Assembly (NCBI GenBank): GCA_040285855.1
Contig: JAUFOQ010000003.1
Coordinates: forward strand, 1,550,001-1,614,000
DNA: 64,000 bases
Source: Eukaryota sp. GEM-RC1
Taxonomy: Eukaryota
Reading direction: 5' to 3'
This document shows, in pieces, positions 11,355 to 24,514 of this stretch. The translations under genes were made by a program, and so were the position numbers. The notes below the pieces were generated by a model. It was given only the letters and a program-made list of their open reading frames with translations, was not told where the DNA came from and did no database searches. Every line of letters starts with the position of its first letter. The stretch's first letter is position 1.

Positions 11355-14123
11355 CTAACTAACTTCAACAGAAGACTGGCCTTCATTACGCTTTTTAAAG
11401 CCAATAGTGACATCATAAATGACAAATAATAAAGCCAAAGCCGTGGTTAACGACAGAAAAATGACATTTAGAGTAAACTGTGTTTCATAGCAAACGTCTC
11501 GTTCGTAATGCCAAACTGAGAAGCGGAACGAAAACCTGTACAATAAAGCAACTACAAAGAAGGTAAATAGAATAAACCGTTGACAAATATTTGCACAAAT
11601 AGTTGAAAAAACATTTTGAATTCGAGACGTTCCTTCTTGCGGATACCGTAATTGAGGTTTAAAATCACGAACAACATTAAAAAACAGAAAAATGATAGCA
11701 GGTGCAGAGTAAAACTTACCAAAACCCATATGTGTTGCTGAAAATCCAGGATAAATGTTGTCACTTACAAGTCCTGCACGTCCAGTATGAGGTCTTACAG
11801 AAAGTGTAATCATATCTGATTGAAAAAAGTAATGTCAAAAAGAATTTGAAAAATGATAAAAGTAGCAAACATGTACAGAGTGAATACTGTTGGATATTTG
11901 TTATAAGCAAATGACAAACTTGTTTCAGACCTTGGACTATCGGACAAAGAGTTTGGAGTAGCAGGTCTTGATCTAACTGGAAGCAGAGAAGAAAAGAAAA
12001 AAGCTAACAATTGAATAGAGAACGACATATTTAACCATGGCAACGATTAGAGAGAACCTCATGATGGTGATGTGAATAGAGGCAAAGAAGATGTAGTACG
12101 GTAAGAATAAAGCAAAATAACGGGGACTTTGCGTAATTTTTGGTAGAAGGAATGCAAATAACAGTCCAAAAAGGATATAGACTGGTAGAACTTTGACATT
12201 AAACCCATTATCTAACCAAATTGGTTCAGATATCTCGTGATAAACCCCAGTTGACGTGATTAAAGCGACGAAAGTGGCCAAAATAATCAAATTTAGTCGA
12301 CTAAATTCAGACTCTAATTTAAAAAAGTAAAGGAATAAAGCACTGATAAAAATCCAGGAAGTAATGATTCCTATACTAGACTTTGAAAACGTTTCCAATG
12401 GGTCAAAAAACGACTCAATCAACAATGGGGTCAAAATCGACAAAACATGATTAACAATCAAAAGTTCAATCAGAAATGATTGATCATTACCTGGATAACT
12501 CTTAATCAGAATCAAGGTCAAAATCAACAGAATTCCAGTAATCAGCGTATGAGGTTCAGGTGCTGAGTACACTAAAACAAGAGACATTAAGGGGAAGAAG
12601 AGTGAATAACCAATCATGAGCCATAGGGTAATAGTCCTGGTATTATTCAGAAACAATAGATAACACAAACCAGAAAAGCCAAGAAGAAGTAGAAGTAAAG
12701 AATGCCAAGGAAATGAACTCATGGTCATTAATTCATTGGAAAAGGAGAATATCACGGCATCCATTTGATTGATGAACTCACGTGTTGGAGTGACGTCATC
12801 ATTCAAATAATTAAAACTTTGTTCAAAGATCTCTTTTGCCTGATTACGCATACCAGAACTACTCAACTTGCGAATCCGATCTATTCTGTATAACTGAATT
12901 AAATTTTGATACTTCAACTTAAGTTCATATTTAGTATCATTCATTAAAGATAAAGAAATACCAGCAGAAGCGAAAGGAATTTCCATTGAGTTAATCAGAG
13001 GTGCTAAAGTTGGAGAATTATCTACTGTCTCAATCCAACGTTCACCACACGTTTTTAAAGTTCCAAAGCAATTACTGCCACGTTTCAATACGTCAGCAGT
13101 TAGGAATGGAGACCATAGTAGTAGTATTCCAGAGTTTCCGTTTGAACTGTAACCGTGTAACACCTCAGAAAATCTGCCTTGATCAATACCATGATCACTT
13201 GAAATAATTAAAATATATTCAGGATTTTTACGAACCCAATCAGCAACACGTCTCATATCACGTGCAATCGTGCCAGACATTCTTTCAGCAAAATCAAAAT
13301 CACGACTGTGAGCCACGTGATCAAACACTCCACTATGAGCAAATAAAGATTCATTCCGTTGTTTTAATTGATCTAATAGATTATGCGCGTTATTAGTGAT
13401 TGAATGATCAAGGTCAGAACCTTCCTCTGGCGGCAATCGCTCATAATCATCAACAGAAGGGTCAGTGATATGTTCTGGAAGAAACATTGTTGGAAAGTTA
13501 TGTTCAAAATGAATTGAATGACTCTCTGACACCAGTTCAATGGTGGAAAACAATCGATCATAATTCTCCTGGCCATGGATAGCCAAAAGAGACCACTCAG
13601 GCCCCAGATACTTGACTTTACCATTAGCTCGAACATAAGAGTAGATGAAGTTGTCAGCAGTAAGAGGGAGTCCAGCGTAGTTAGCCATTGGAGTGCCAGT
13701 AAGAAGACTTGTGTAAATGACATGAGAATACTTGAGGGAAGGGACGTTGAGAAGGAAGGAGGCTCCAGGAACAGCGAAATCAGAAAAAGACTGATTGGCA
13801 TGGTTACGTGACCAACCGTCAACAACAAACCATAAAAACTTAGGAAAACGAGGGAGATTTCCAGAGAGAGATTGAGGATCGAAGTCGTCGTCAACCACGG
13901 GACCTAGGTCACAGAGATCACGGTGGATATGATCACTGGAGAGAGAAAGTTCTTTTGAGAGGGAATCGATATCGAGAGGAGAACATAGAGTGGATGCAAC
14001 TGTTGGTTGTTTTGGTCCTGTTATAAAGAAACGAATGTCTCTAATCAACAATGTGGACGCTAGGATCAGAATGACAAATGATGTAAGAGCAACAGGGGTC
14101 AGGAAACGCGGAATTGTCACCAT
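11355..14123 (-). CDS. GPI ethanolamine-phosphate transferase-like protein (alkaline phosphatase superfamily plus multi-TM C-terminus)
   Basis: N-terminal TM, then WFVVDGW, DHVAH and IISSDHG metal-binding motifs, then many TM segments. Frameshifts near 12000 and 11815. Confidence 0.7.
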
Positions 14124-14265
14124 GGAATAAGGTGTTTAACTGGTATCAGTTACATTTGAGGTCTATTTGAGGAAAAAGAAATCCTCTTAGGGAAGACAGT
14201 ACAATGTAGATGAATAGAGATTCAGATTTTAATTCTCTTTTAGTTCTCACTTAAATGCATTTTTG

Positions 14266-16117
14266 ATGAGCCCACAATGTTCCATTGATAACATCGATTC
14301 AGAGCTTTCCCAATGTGGTTCCTCGTCAGACTTTAGTATAGATAATCTTTCTGATCTATGTACTCCTTCAGAACATGAACTTGAACACGTTGATTTTTCC
14401 AACTCTAAACCAATTCAGTTTGCCGATATCAACGCTTCCAAAGAATCACCACTGTTTCACAAACATAAACAGTCCTCTAACTATATCATTGTTTTTATTT
14501 CACTTTTAGTCGCTTCAGTGGGGATCTTGCTAGTCCTCGTTCGTCAGCACCATTCCGATCTAATTCTTCATGGTTCTGTCCTTCAAAAAGCAAAGAAATA
14601 GGTACACTGTACTATATTCATCACTCTTTATCATCCCCTTCTTTACGTCCTTCTCAAATTCAGGTGTTCTATCCCAAAACATCAAAAGACAGTCTAATTC
14701 TATGGGTTCCTGCTGAAGATGAATTTGAAGAGTTGTTATGGACTTGTAATGTCAAGGGTCTAATAGAGAAACATCGTTTGACTTCAGCAAACAATGCAAT
14801 ACTTGTTCTAGATCAACGAATTCTTCGATCCCAAGATCTTCTTCATTTCTCTCTTCAAGTTTTTAACAGTAATGGAAGTGTTTCTGATTTCAATGTTAAC
14901 ATTACAAGTGTTAGATCATCTTCATTGCCTTCTAACTTTGATGTTACACCATCTAAAGGAACATCTTCTGTGACTGAATTTCATCTCACACATTCCAATT
15001 CTTCTCCTGATGTTCTCTTTGATTGGTGTGTTGTTCGAAAACATTGGTGTTTCCCACTAGTAACACCTTCCCCTAACCCTCAATTAGAGACCTTTCTACC
15101 CCACGGGTATTCAGAGGATATGGTAACTATAATATGTCGTAAATGGACTAGTAGTGGTATTTCTATTGATGGAACTGTTTCCCTTAAAATTAGACCTGCA
15201 TCTTTTACAGTGACTCAACGAAGAGCTTTTGTTTCTCCCCTTGAACTTATCAATTCTCATGATTCTATTGTTCCTACATTGTTTGCTCTATCAAAAACTA
15301 TACATCATCATTTGTCAAAATTTAATAATGATACGCTTTTTAAAATGAGAAACCGTCTATTTAGTTTATTAGTTGAACATTCCAATCATCCATTGTTTTT
15401 AGATGTTGTTAGTTCTTGTCTTTCAATTACCAGTGATATTGACATTGAATTTGAATCTCCAACTTTATATCTTGATCTTGTTCGTTCTTTGTTATCGATT
15501 TCAGATCAATCAACTTTGAATTTTTGATTTCCCATCCACATTTAGCTGGTTTAAATCCAATCGTAATCCTCGATGACATACTCTCCACAATCAAATTTGA
15601 TCATTCTGGACCGGAAACCGTTGACTCGATTCTAAATGCTATTATTAACATTTCAAACCGCGTTGATGTTGAATATTCTGGGACATCTTTTGATATTAAA
15701 TGTACCTCTGATATAGACAAACCCTATTTCTTAATTGATCATGGTATTTCCACGGTAGTAATCACTTCAAGTCCTGGGCCAAATCTATGTGCTGTCATTC
15801 TAAAGAACGAGAATCTTCCAGTTTCATCAAATGTAGTTGGATTGAGCTCTCAGAATGTTAGGAATTTTAATATTTTTGAAAGATTTAAATCTTGCACAGT
15901 GGTGACAGTAGAATTTAAGCTAAACACTCCTAACACAAAGTCATTGCAGTGTGTTGCTTGGAACACTTTGTCTGAGACTTGGAGTGTATCAGGTGTAAAA
16001 ACAGACTATGTAAATGGGCGGATTTCCTGTAGTAGCTGTAGTCGGTCTGCTATAACTGTAACTGACTCATTTGGGGGTCTTTCTTTTCTTCGTGTGGTGA
16101 TAAACTCTTTGCTTTAA
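14266..16117 (+). CDS. Membrane-anchored REJ- and GAIN/GPS-domain (polycystin-1-like) protein, frameshifted
   Basis: An N-terminal TM is followed by VTPSKGTSSVTEF and TFLPHG (REJ-like) and CVAWNTLSETWSVSGV...ISCS (GPS-like). The second ORF's frame is open back to about 14583. Confidence 0.6.
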
Positions 16118-16967
16118 TAATGTATCAAGTTATTGTTGTTGATTGTCCTCTTATTAAGAATGTACAGAATCAGTTCAGGTTTCTAGAGGGTTTTCTAAAT
16201 TTTTCAATGAACATGCTGATTATGTGTTAACCAAAAAGCTATAACAAACGTAGATGTAACAGTTGCAGACGTGAGAGACAGTTTCAAATTGTTGAATTAA
16301 AACTTCCTTAAACCTTTTGTTTTCTTTAAAAAGTTTCTTTGTATGGTTGTTGAGCACATGAGTATCTGTATTAATTGGAACAACAGATGTTCGTGATTTC
16401 CAACAGAATTGAACAGGTCTTTGTTTGATTAAAAGCACACGGTAGACCTTAATACAAAGATGCTTCTGATTCCAGCCCAGCTTTGATGGTAACAACTTTT
16501 TGGATTTAATACACTAATTCGTGAAACAATTTCTTGAATATAATTATTGACTGGCCACCACATTGGCATAATATTCATCCACAAAATCCACATGATAAAC
16601 ATTTGGAATTTCAATTACTGTGCTTTAAACCTCAACATCAATATCTTCTGTTACCTCACTGAAGAGGTTACAAACGGTCAACATTGAATTATTCGTCTCC
16701 TGTCTTAAGTAATTTATCTTCAGTACTTAGAAATCGATTCACCTTGTCTTATTTACTTCGATTTAATTAATTAACATCAAACAGATACTGAACTTCGCAA
16801 CAATCAACAGTGTCAAAACTGTAAGCAATTCCAAAGCGAAATCTCTTCAGCACGTCAAAGGACAAAGTTGTGCTTGTGGTTGTGTTTTCTTGATACAGTA
16901 TATGTTATTCTCAATCGTATATTGTTTCTGAATGTGGCGGTATTCTCTTTTATTGACTTCTCATTGA

Positions 16968-17228
16968 CTAATCTTTCAACTTGGCTGCAGCCGATTGGGC
17001 TTTGTCAAGATATTTCTCAGCCTTCTTGACTCCTTTCTCTTCTTTTCTTTCAGCTGAAAACTCTTTCTTCTCAGCATACTCCAGTCCCGTAAGCCTTTGA
17101 TTTGTAGCCTTTTCTTCTGCTCCTATCAAAACATCTTCAGCTTTCTCAAGGTCCTCAATAGCTTCTCTTCTGTGCTTTTGATCCTTCTTTAGCTCGTGTT
17201 TTTCAGTTGAAAAGTGGAGTTTGTCCAT
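16968..17228 (-). CDS. Small charged helical (hydrophilin-like) protein
   Basis: ATG at 17228 opens an 86-aa K/E/A-rich ORF. An upstream exon is possible. Confidence 0.5.
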   Translation of the reverse strand: MDKLHFSTEKHELKKDQKHRREAIEDLEKAEDVLIGAEEKATNQRLTGLEYAEKKEFSAERKEEKGVKKAEKYLDKAQSAAAKLKD

Positions 17229-17835
17229 CTGTAAATAAAATAGCAACAGAGAACCAGATTAAATTTTGAACAAGGTTCGCAGGCATATTTTTTCAATCAC
17301 AGATTCATTCGTTGATATGAATCGTTGATATGGATTCAGATCAATAACAAACAAGTTCTTCCGCATTTTTGCCGACGCCACGTCGATGGAGCTTGTAGTG
17401 ATTCAATATCATCAAAGCAATAATGTCAATAAATAGAAAAATACGCTATTTGTTTGTTTATAATTTTATATCTATCACATTTATTTACTTTACAATGGTT
17501 CCGTTGATTAGGGGACCAAACTGATTAGTGTTTCAAAGAATTTTTGTTCTGTATTTCAGTCCGTATCGTTAATTGAAACTATTTTTAAGTGTAGGGATGA
17601 TGAATAATTCAAACAACAGAAATACAGTTTTCCAGAAAAAACACAATTTAAATCGTACTGAATTAAATACTAAATTTTGTATTTTACAACTATGTTTGAC
17701 ACCAAAGATTAAAGGGTGTCTTTTCTGAGTCAATTATTCAGATTCAACTTCGAATTTTTTCCATCTAGTTCGCAAAAAAGTTTTGGTCAAGAATTCCGCA
17801 CTCATCAACTAAAAAAATAATTTTATTTTGAAAAA

Positions 17836-18855
17836 TTAATGTGCTTTAGAGTAAAACATCGGTACTTCCTCTAAAGCAAGTTCTTCATCAAATGCATCTT
17901 CATCAAAGTCTTCTTCATGAACGGTAGACTCAAATGGCGATTTCTTTTGGACAATTTCGTGAACATCATCGGGAACTTTAACTGATTGTTGATCATCAAC
18001 AGTAGAATAAAATATTGGTAATTCATCTTGAGCAAATTCCTGATAATCAAAAATATCTTCATCAAAGTCTTCTTCAACTAAAGCTTCAACATGAAATTCT
18101 TCTTGAACAACTTGTTCATCATCAGCAGTAACTTCAACTGATTGTTCTTCTTCAACGACAGTTTCATCTGGCAATTGTTCATGAGTAATTTGATCATCAT
18201 CAGCAGTAACTTCAACTGATTGTTCTTCTTCAATTACAGTTTCAATTGGTAATTCTTCTTGAACAACATGTTCATCATCGACAGTAACTTCAACTGATTG
18301 TTCTTCTTCAATTACAGTTTCAATTGGTAATTCTTCTTGAACAACATGTTCATCATCGACAGTAACTTCAACTGACTGTTCTTCTTCAATTACAGTTTCA
18401 ATTGGTAATTCTTCTTGAACAACATGTTCATCATCGACAGTAACTTCAACTGATTGTTCTTCTTCAATTACAGTTTCAATTGGTAATTCTTCTTGAACAA
18501 CATGTTCATCATCGACAGTAACTTCAACTGATTGTTCTTCTTCAATGACAGTTTCCGGTAATTGTTCATGAGTAATTTGTTCATCAACATAAAGCTCTTC
18601 TTCAGTATTTTGATCAATGATGACGTGATGATGACGTGATGGTTTTAAGTTACTGCGATCGGATAGATTGAAAGCAAGATACAGTCCGATTCCTGCAGCT
18701 AGCAATGACAAAAGAGCTATAACAGAAAAATAGCGTCTCTTGCGCTGGATTTTCTTGTAAGATCGAAGAGATCGTTTGGAGGATAACTTAAAAGATGACG
18801 GGTGGGAGGAGAGATCAGAAGATTGGAGTTCATCTCCAGAAGAAAGAAAAGACAT
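17836..18855 (-). CDS. Type II membrane protein with acidic tandem repeats
   Basis: A basic stretch is followed by the TM FSVIALLSLLAAGIGLYLAF and then E/D/V-rich repeats. Confidence 0.8.
   Translation of the reverse strand: MSFLSSGDELQSSDLSSHPSSFKLSSKRSLRSYKKIQRKRRYFSVIALLSLLAAGIGLYLAFNLSDRSNLKPSRHHHVIIDQNTEEELYVDEQITHEQLPETVIEEEQSVEVTVDDEHVVQEELPIETVIEEEQSVEVTVDDEHVVQEELPIETVIEEEQSVEVTVDDEHVVQEELPIETVIEEEQSVEVTVDDEHVVQEELPIETVIEEEQSVEVTADDDQITHEQLPDETVVEEEQSVEVTADDEQVVQEEFHVEALVEEDFDEDIFDYQEFAQDELPIFYSTVDDQQSVKVPDDVHEIVQKKSPFESTVHEEDFDEDAFDEELALEEVPMFYSKAH
18100..18590 (-). repeat. 78-bp (26-aa) coding tandem repeat
   Basis: ETVIEEEQSVEVTVDDEHVVQEELPI occurs about 4 times near-identically, with degenerate flanking units. 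Confidence 0.92.
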
Positions 18856-19099
18856 CAGTCAGGTATTCGTCCTCACTAACATCGGTCAAGGATTCATTCC
18901 ATGTTAAGTCTGAATCACTGTCAACAGTAGAATATCCATACAGTTGACTCATCAACTGTGTTCCAAGAGAGTCCATTGGCAGAAGGAGTTTGTATTGGAA
19001 GAAAAAGTTTTTTCGAATTTAAGAACTAAGAGTCAATATCAAAAAGTACAATGTTCTGTTGTTCAAAAGTATCCAAAAGTATTCAAGGCGATGCATTTC

Positions 19100-19480
19100 C
19101 TTGCAGAATCTTTCATACATCAAAATAAATGACTTCCCCAATCGTTTGACCTACTAGTTCAATCAGATACATTACACAGGGTTTTAGTATCTGAAAGGAT
19201 TAAAGAATTAATACAAATGTGTTTAAAATTAGAATATTGTCTCCTTGCTGATATTACAATCGATTACAGTGATTGTTCAAACTTGATTGTAATGTATATA
19301 TTCAGATTTCATTCCGTAAAGAATGTTTTAACTAATTAGAAGCGCGTAGAAGAACGCAAAATGGATTTGTGTTTCCATTGATGATGCAAAGTTCAATCAA
19401 AATTTGGTTTTGTTGTATTGTTCAACAGTATTTCCATCTTTTTGAAGCTTTTGGTGAAATGCCTTCTCAATCTTTAACTG
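19100..19480 (+). pseudogene. Degenerate RLE endonuclease relic of a non-LTR element
   Basis: Fragments LLADITIDYS...EARRR...FEAFGEMP follow the RLE motif order across broken frames. Confidence 0.35.
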
Positions 19481-19818
19481 TTTGTCCAGTATATGTGTAA
19501 ACATCATTAGTATACTCCAGAAAAGTAAACGACGAGGTCCAATATCGTTTGTTTTATTCTTCGTTCCGATCGATGCAAACTTATTATCACAAAGTTGTAT
19601 AAGAACTCTAGTACTGTTGATCAGGCATTTTCTGTGTCTAGTGTTTCATAGATTCTATTAAGACATGTAACAGTCTTTTCAACAAATTAACAGCTCATTC
19701 GGTAAATTATCAAGTTTTGGATAAGTTCATCGACGTTTCTGATGCGTCTCCACATAGCCATTATAGTTTCGGAAACAGAGACGTTTTTGTGTGTAAAGTT
19801 CATGTAAAAGTTTTCACA

Positions 19819-21400
19819 ATGTTACCCCTACTTTTGGTTCTTCTTATATCAATTGCATATGCTGCACCTGTCTCTGTATCAGTGTGGCAAGTTGGAGATT
19901 CTATCAAAATCGACCAAGGCTACAATCCTCAAGCTCACGTCACTGCTTCTCTAGATGATCAACGTCAAGAAACAGGATGGGCTACACTTAAAATCCAGGC
20001 ACATCCATCAATGGAATCCAACCCCATACTATCCAAACTAATGGGTGTAGCTGAAGGTTACTTGACCTCTGAACTCATTGTCAATCATACCACTAACTTT
20101 GATTACGTCTTTGGCCTCTACGGTCACGACATTTCCAAGATCCGTAAAGCTGCTATTGATCTTATACTCGAAAACTACTGGTACATTTGCAAATCTATTA
20201 AGGAAAACCCCACAGATCCTTTCTGGCAAGAAGTAAAGTTCTCCGTTGATCAAGTCACTGGTATTCTTGAAGGCATGCACCGCAGTGGAACTCACGCCGT
20301 TGACCTTGATGACCTTCTTTTGCTTAACGCCATGGGAGATATCATGGACCTGGTGCAATGGAAAGGACCTCACGGTTTCAAACCTACCATTCCCCCTGAT
20401 AATGACAACCCATTGTACTCTATTGGCCAAGATCATAAAGGACGAGCTTGTCCTAGCTCATACCACCTTCGCTTTCTATCCATTCATGACTAGAGTGTAC
20501 AAACACTATACAGTCCCTTATTCAGGCGCTATGGTGAACGTGGAAATGTCGTCATATGCTGGTTGTTTGGCTTCTGTTGACGATTTCTATGTCGTTTCCA
20601 CTAGAACTTCTTTGAGACTAGTTCATCGACTTACAGTTTCAGAAACTTCTTTAGTCTTACAGAATGCAACTACGGCTGAGAAAATGACCACCTATGCTGT
20701 CTTTACCAATATGAGAACGGCCGTCGCTCTTAGAATGGCAGGTGCTGCTGTAGCTGTTACAGAGAACAAATTCGAAGCAGAACTAGTAATGACTGACAAG
20801 TTCATTGAGGTCATGAGTACTCAGAATAGTGGTAGTTATAACAACCAATGGGTATTAGCTAGACCTTTGTTAAAGTCAATTGTGATTGCTGAACAAGTTC
20901 CAGGAAATTATTATGTTACTAACGTTGATGATTTGCTTTTACTTGATCATTACTTTGGAGGAGTTAACATTGCTTATGATCGAAGAGCGCGTTCAGACTT
21001 AGGTTATGATGAGTTAGTGAAAGAGAAAGGAGAGGATTGGGATTATTGGAAGTGTCCTCGATCTAGAATCATTAGACGTGATGCTCCCAATGTTGATACT
21101 GTTGACAAACTTAAAAAGTTTATGAATTATAATGATTATAAGAATGACAAGTTATCAAAGGGATCTCCATCTAATGCGATTGCTGCTCGTTTTGATTTAG
21201 ATCCAAAGAGAGGTGTATGTGGTGGAAGTTATGACAACAAAATCAGCGTTGGTTCAAGCAATGTTTATGTTTTCCTTGGTGTTTCACAATCATCAGCTTC
21301 AACTCCAAAGTTTACTTTCAAGGATTGGCCAAATGTTACTCGAAGAGGAATTCCTGATGAATTTGATTGGGAATATGTTGAAATGAAAGGAGTTTTTTAG
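19819..21400 (+). CDS. Phospholipase B-like (PLBD family, Ntn hydrolase), frameshift near 20400
   Basis: Signal peptide MLPLLLVLLISIAYA, then TGWATLKI, GVAEGYLT, HCTLLAK (autocatalytic Cys), SSYAG..SVDDFY, NSGSYNNQW, MNYNDY and AIAARFDL. Confidence 0.9.
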
Positions 21401-21599
21401 GAAGTAAAAATTGAAATTCATTTATTATTATTATTATGAATTGTTCAATATTTCCAATAAATCTGTTATTAATCTGTTTTCCTGATGACAACTTTAGAAC
21501 TCATTCGGAAAAATTTAAATAATTTAATGAAACATTAATGAGAAACAGATTGAAATCAATCCATTGAGGGCTCTTTGAAAAAGGATGAGCGTTCATAGT

Positions 21600-22881
21600 C
21601 TAAGAAAACACTGTAGTAACATTAGCACTTTCTGTTTTCAGAAATAATTCATTTTGATGGACCAAACACAATGCAGAATAATTTAAATAATTTAGATATC
21701 GTGATCTCATACCTTCCATTAGTAAAAAAAATAAAATGCCATGTAAAATATTAGAAACCCATAGAAGAAAAATATCAAATGCAATTAAACAACTTTTTTG
21801 TGTCACGTGTTTAATAGTTTAAATACATCTTGGAAATCACTTGAAAACATTTTGACCGAGGTAAAAACGTTATCACGAGATTTCTGTATGAATTTTCAAA
21901 ACGTTGGCTAAATTCAACAAATTGACAATTCGTAGAATTTTCAAAATATTTGACCAGATACAAATTAAACGGATATAGAACTTTTTGACAGAATTTGTAC
22001 AAAAATAACATTGAATACTCAGATGTTGCCAAGAAAGAAAACGTATTTTCAAGAAGTAATTGCAAAACATGAATAACTTCCGAGTAAAAACTCAAGATAC
22101 ATAGAGGTACTTGTGATGTAGTCATTGAAACTCTACAGGTGGAAAATAGAGCGAAAGATAGAGAATTCAATAGGATTTGAAATTTAGGAAAAATTCTAAA
22201 AGATAAAGTGTCAAGAAGATGTTTTGAAACGATCTTTGACAGTAAATGATTGTTATTGGTTTTTGAATCTTTGTTAAGTGAGAAAAGGGGGTGTGAAGAG
22301 AAATCAAATTCAAATATTTGAATTATTCTAGATTCTTTGAGAATCTTGGAAAAGAAATTGGTTTTTGAAAATATTTGTAAAGAAGAGACCAGATCAAAAT
22401 CCAGAAATAACTCTAAAATATCGAGAAAATAATTAAAGACCTGGTAGAAGTCGAACTCGTCATTAAATGTGTTTGAGAAAGTAACATAAGAAAAATGAAA
22501 GAATGAAAAAGTGCAATTAAGAAATTCCGAAAAGAATTGAACAGATCGAAAATCTTCATTTAAAGTAGACAGAATGTTTCTAAGAACAAGTGAGAGGAAA
22601 TCCAGGCAATTGTACAACTTAGATGTGCTTTGAAACTCAGACACAAGATTATAAAGATGTTCAAAGTGAAGTTTTGAGAAGTGAGAAGTATCAGCTATAG
22701 AGAAACACCGAACGATATCAGCTTTATACATGTCCTGATCAAGTAGAATGGGAGAAGAGAAGTCTAATGTTGAGTAGAAAAGACGGAGATCACATTTGTG
22801 ATGATCTAGTTCATCTTCTGTTGCGTGATTGGAATGATGGGTAGCGAGAAGGAGATGGGAAAGTCTTGTAAGACTTAACAT
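21600..22881 (-). CDS. Hypothetical protein
   Basis: A 356-aa ORF, with a likely continuation at 21600-21806. No recognisable motif. Confidence 0.5.
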
Positions 22882-22914
22882 GAAACATGAAGAAGTTCGT
22901 TCTTGATCTTCAGC

Positions 22915-24213
22915 ATGAACGACCTTGTTTCTCCACCGGGAAACAGGCTCATAAAGAAGCGTTGCTCCTCATATGCTGCAGACTCTTTCTCTAAGCAAAG
23001 GTCTTCTGCTGCTTCTCCTGTTTCTCGATCGTCACCTCGACTATTTCCAGTTCGCACTCCAACCCCCTTATCAGTAAAGTCTCTATCTCTGGAAGACCGT
23101 GCTAGAAATGCTTTTTCCCCAATTGATGCAACTGCTTTAACCCCAACTGAACATGTTATAGATTGTCGACCATTAAGTAGATCCTCCATGGAAAAGCCGA
23201 AGCCACTAGCTTCTGTCATTAGATCCATTGATATGCCGCTGAGACAACCTCCTCTTAAGAGAAGTAACAGTGGCAAATCTTTACCATCAGGATCGCTACT
23301 TTTCCCCTCTCAAAACTCGTCTTTTAGTTCGTTTTCACAAAAAAATCAAGAAAAAAATCAAATTAATGAAAAAACAATAGTCGACAATCAAAATATTTCG
23401 CCTAATAGCTGTAATCAAGCAGCTTCAGAAGCAATTAAAATCAAGCCAAAGAAAATGTTTTCAAATGATGATGCTTCATTTCAATTTTTTCAACGAGATT
23501 TTTCGATAAGATATGCGTTTGTTTTATTTTCCAAATTCTCTATTGCTCAAAAAGACATTCAGAAACAACTTTGTTTCAATTCATGGCCCTCAATAGGAAC
23601 TTTTAATTTTCTTAAAGACAATTTAAACGACCAAACGATATCAGATGAATTGTCTTTTGAATTTCTTCTTGCTGTCGAATCGCTGTTTGAAGACAACTCT
23701 ATTACTTCTAATGTATATATTCTATTTTTTGATCCAAAGAAATCTCCAAGTGAATTTATTTATTGTGGATTGTGTAATTCTTCATCTGGACGATTTTTAA
23801 ATTTTGTTGTTAGAGATGTTACTTTTTTCGATAATAAGCCTGAATTCAAAATTGTTGCCAAATATGATGTTGAAGTCGTTGCCACCCACCCATTAAATTC
23901 TTCTAAGGATTTTGAACAAATTTTGGAAACTTTTAAATTTTGCATATCACTGAAACTGGTTCCGTTTATTGTCACGCCTTCGGTTTTATCTTTCAATTTT
24001 TCCTGTCAAAATTCTCATGTATTTTCTTTTGAAGAAACAACTTTTAGTCTGCCAGACAGTCAAGGAAAAGCTGTCACAAAATTTAAATACAAACTCAGTG
24101 GCTTATTCTGCAGTTTTGTGCTTGTGAATTTAATCAATTATCTACGGAAAAACTCAGCCGATTCCTATGAATTTATGATGTTTTTTCGAACTTTCCAGGC
24201 TCCAAATATTTAA
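22915..24213 (+). CDS. Hypothetical protein with an S/P-rich N-terminus
   Basis: Long ORF with its first ATG at 22915. Confidence 0.6.
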   Translation: MNDLVSPPGNRLIKKRCSSYAADSFSKQRSSAASPVSRSSPRLFPVRTPTPLSVKSLSLEDRARNAFSPIDATALTPTEHVIDCRPLSRSSMEKPKPLASVIRSIDMPLRQPPLKRSNSGKSLPSGSLLFPSQNSSFSSFSQKNQEKNQINEKTIVDNQNISPNSCNQAASEAIKIKPKKMFSNDDASFQFFQRDFSIRYAFVLFSKFSIAQKDIQKQLCFNSWPSIGTFNFLKDNLNDQTISDELSFEFLLAVESLFEDNSITSNVYILFFDPKKSPSEFIYCGLCNSSSGRFLNFVVRDVTFFDNKPEFKIVAKYDVEVVATHPLNSSKDFEQILETFKFCISLKLVPFIVTPSVLSFNFSCQNSHVFSFEETTFSLPDSQGKAVTKFKYKLSGLFCSFVLVNLINYLRKNSADSYEFMMFFRTFQAPNI

Positions 24214-24514
24214 ATGTTTCAAAGTCACCCATAACAGACTCCTCTTCGATCTTATATGCCAGCAAACTAACATTTTCCAAGTTCACGTTTTCGTGTGTAA
24301 CGTCAACGTGAATCTTTTCCAAAATATTTAATTTATTGTTTTTCAACTCCAATTTCTCAACTTCAAACACGTCTATCATTTTGTGTTCTATTTTAATACA
24401 TTTGTAGTGATCACAGCATATGACAACATATTACGAGCAGGAAATATATCTATTTATAAATTACAGAAGTTAATATTACAATTGAAATTAAATAATTTGA
24501 AATCTACTTTTAAA

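Noticed and set aside
16120..16950. Short ORFs or another retroelement relic
   Set aside because: Only vague motif similarity, which cannot be supported by eye.
17229..17271. Candidate 43-nt intron upstream of the small charged protein (ATG CCT GCG AAC CTT|GT...TTTACAG|ATG)
   Set aside because: It is in frame, but the donor, length and branch spacing do not match the other four introns, and there is no homology to test it.
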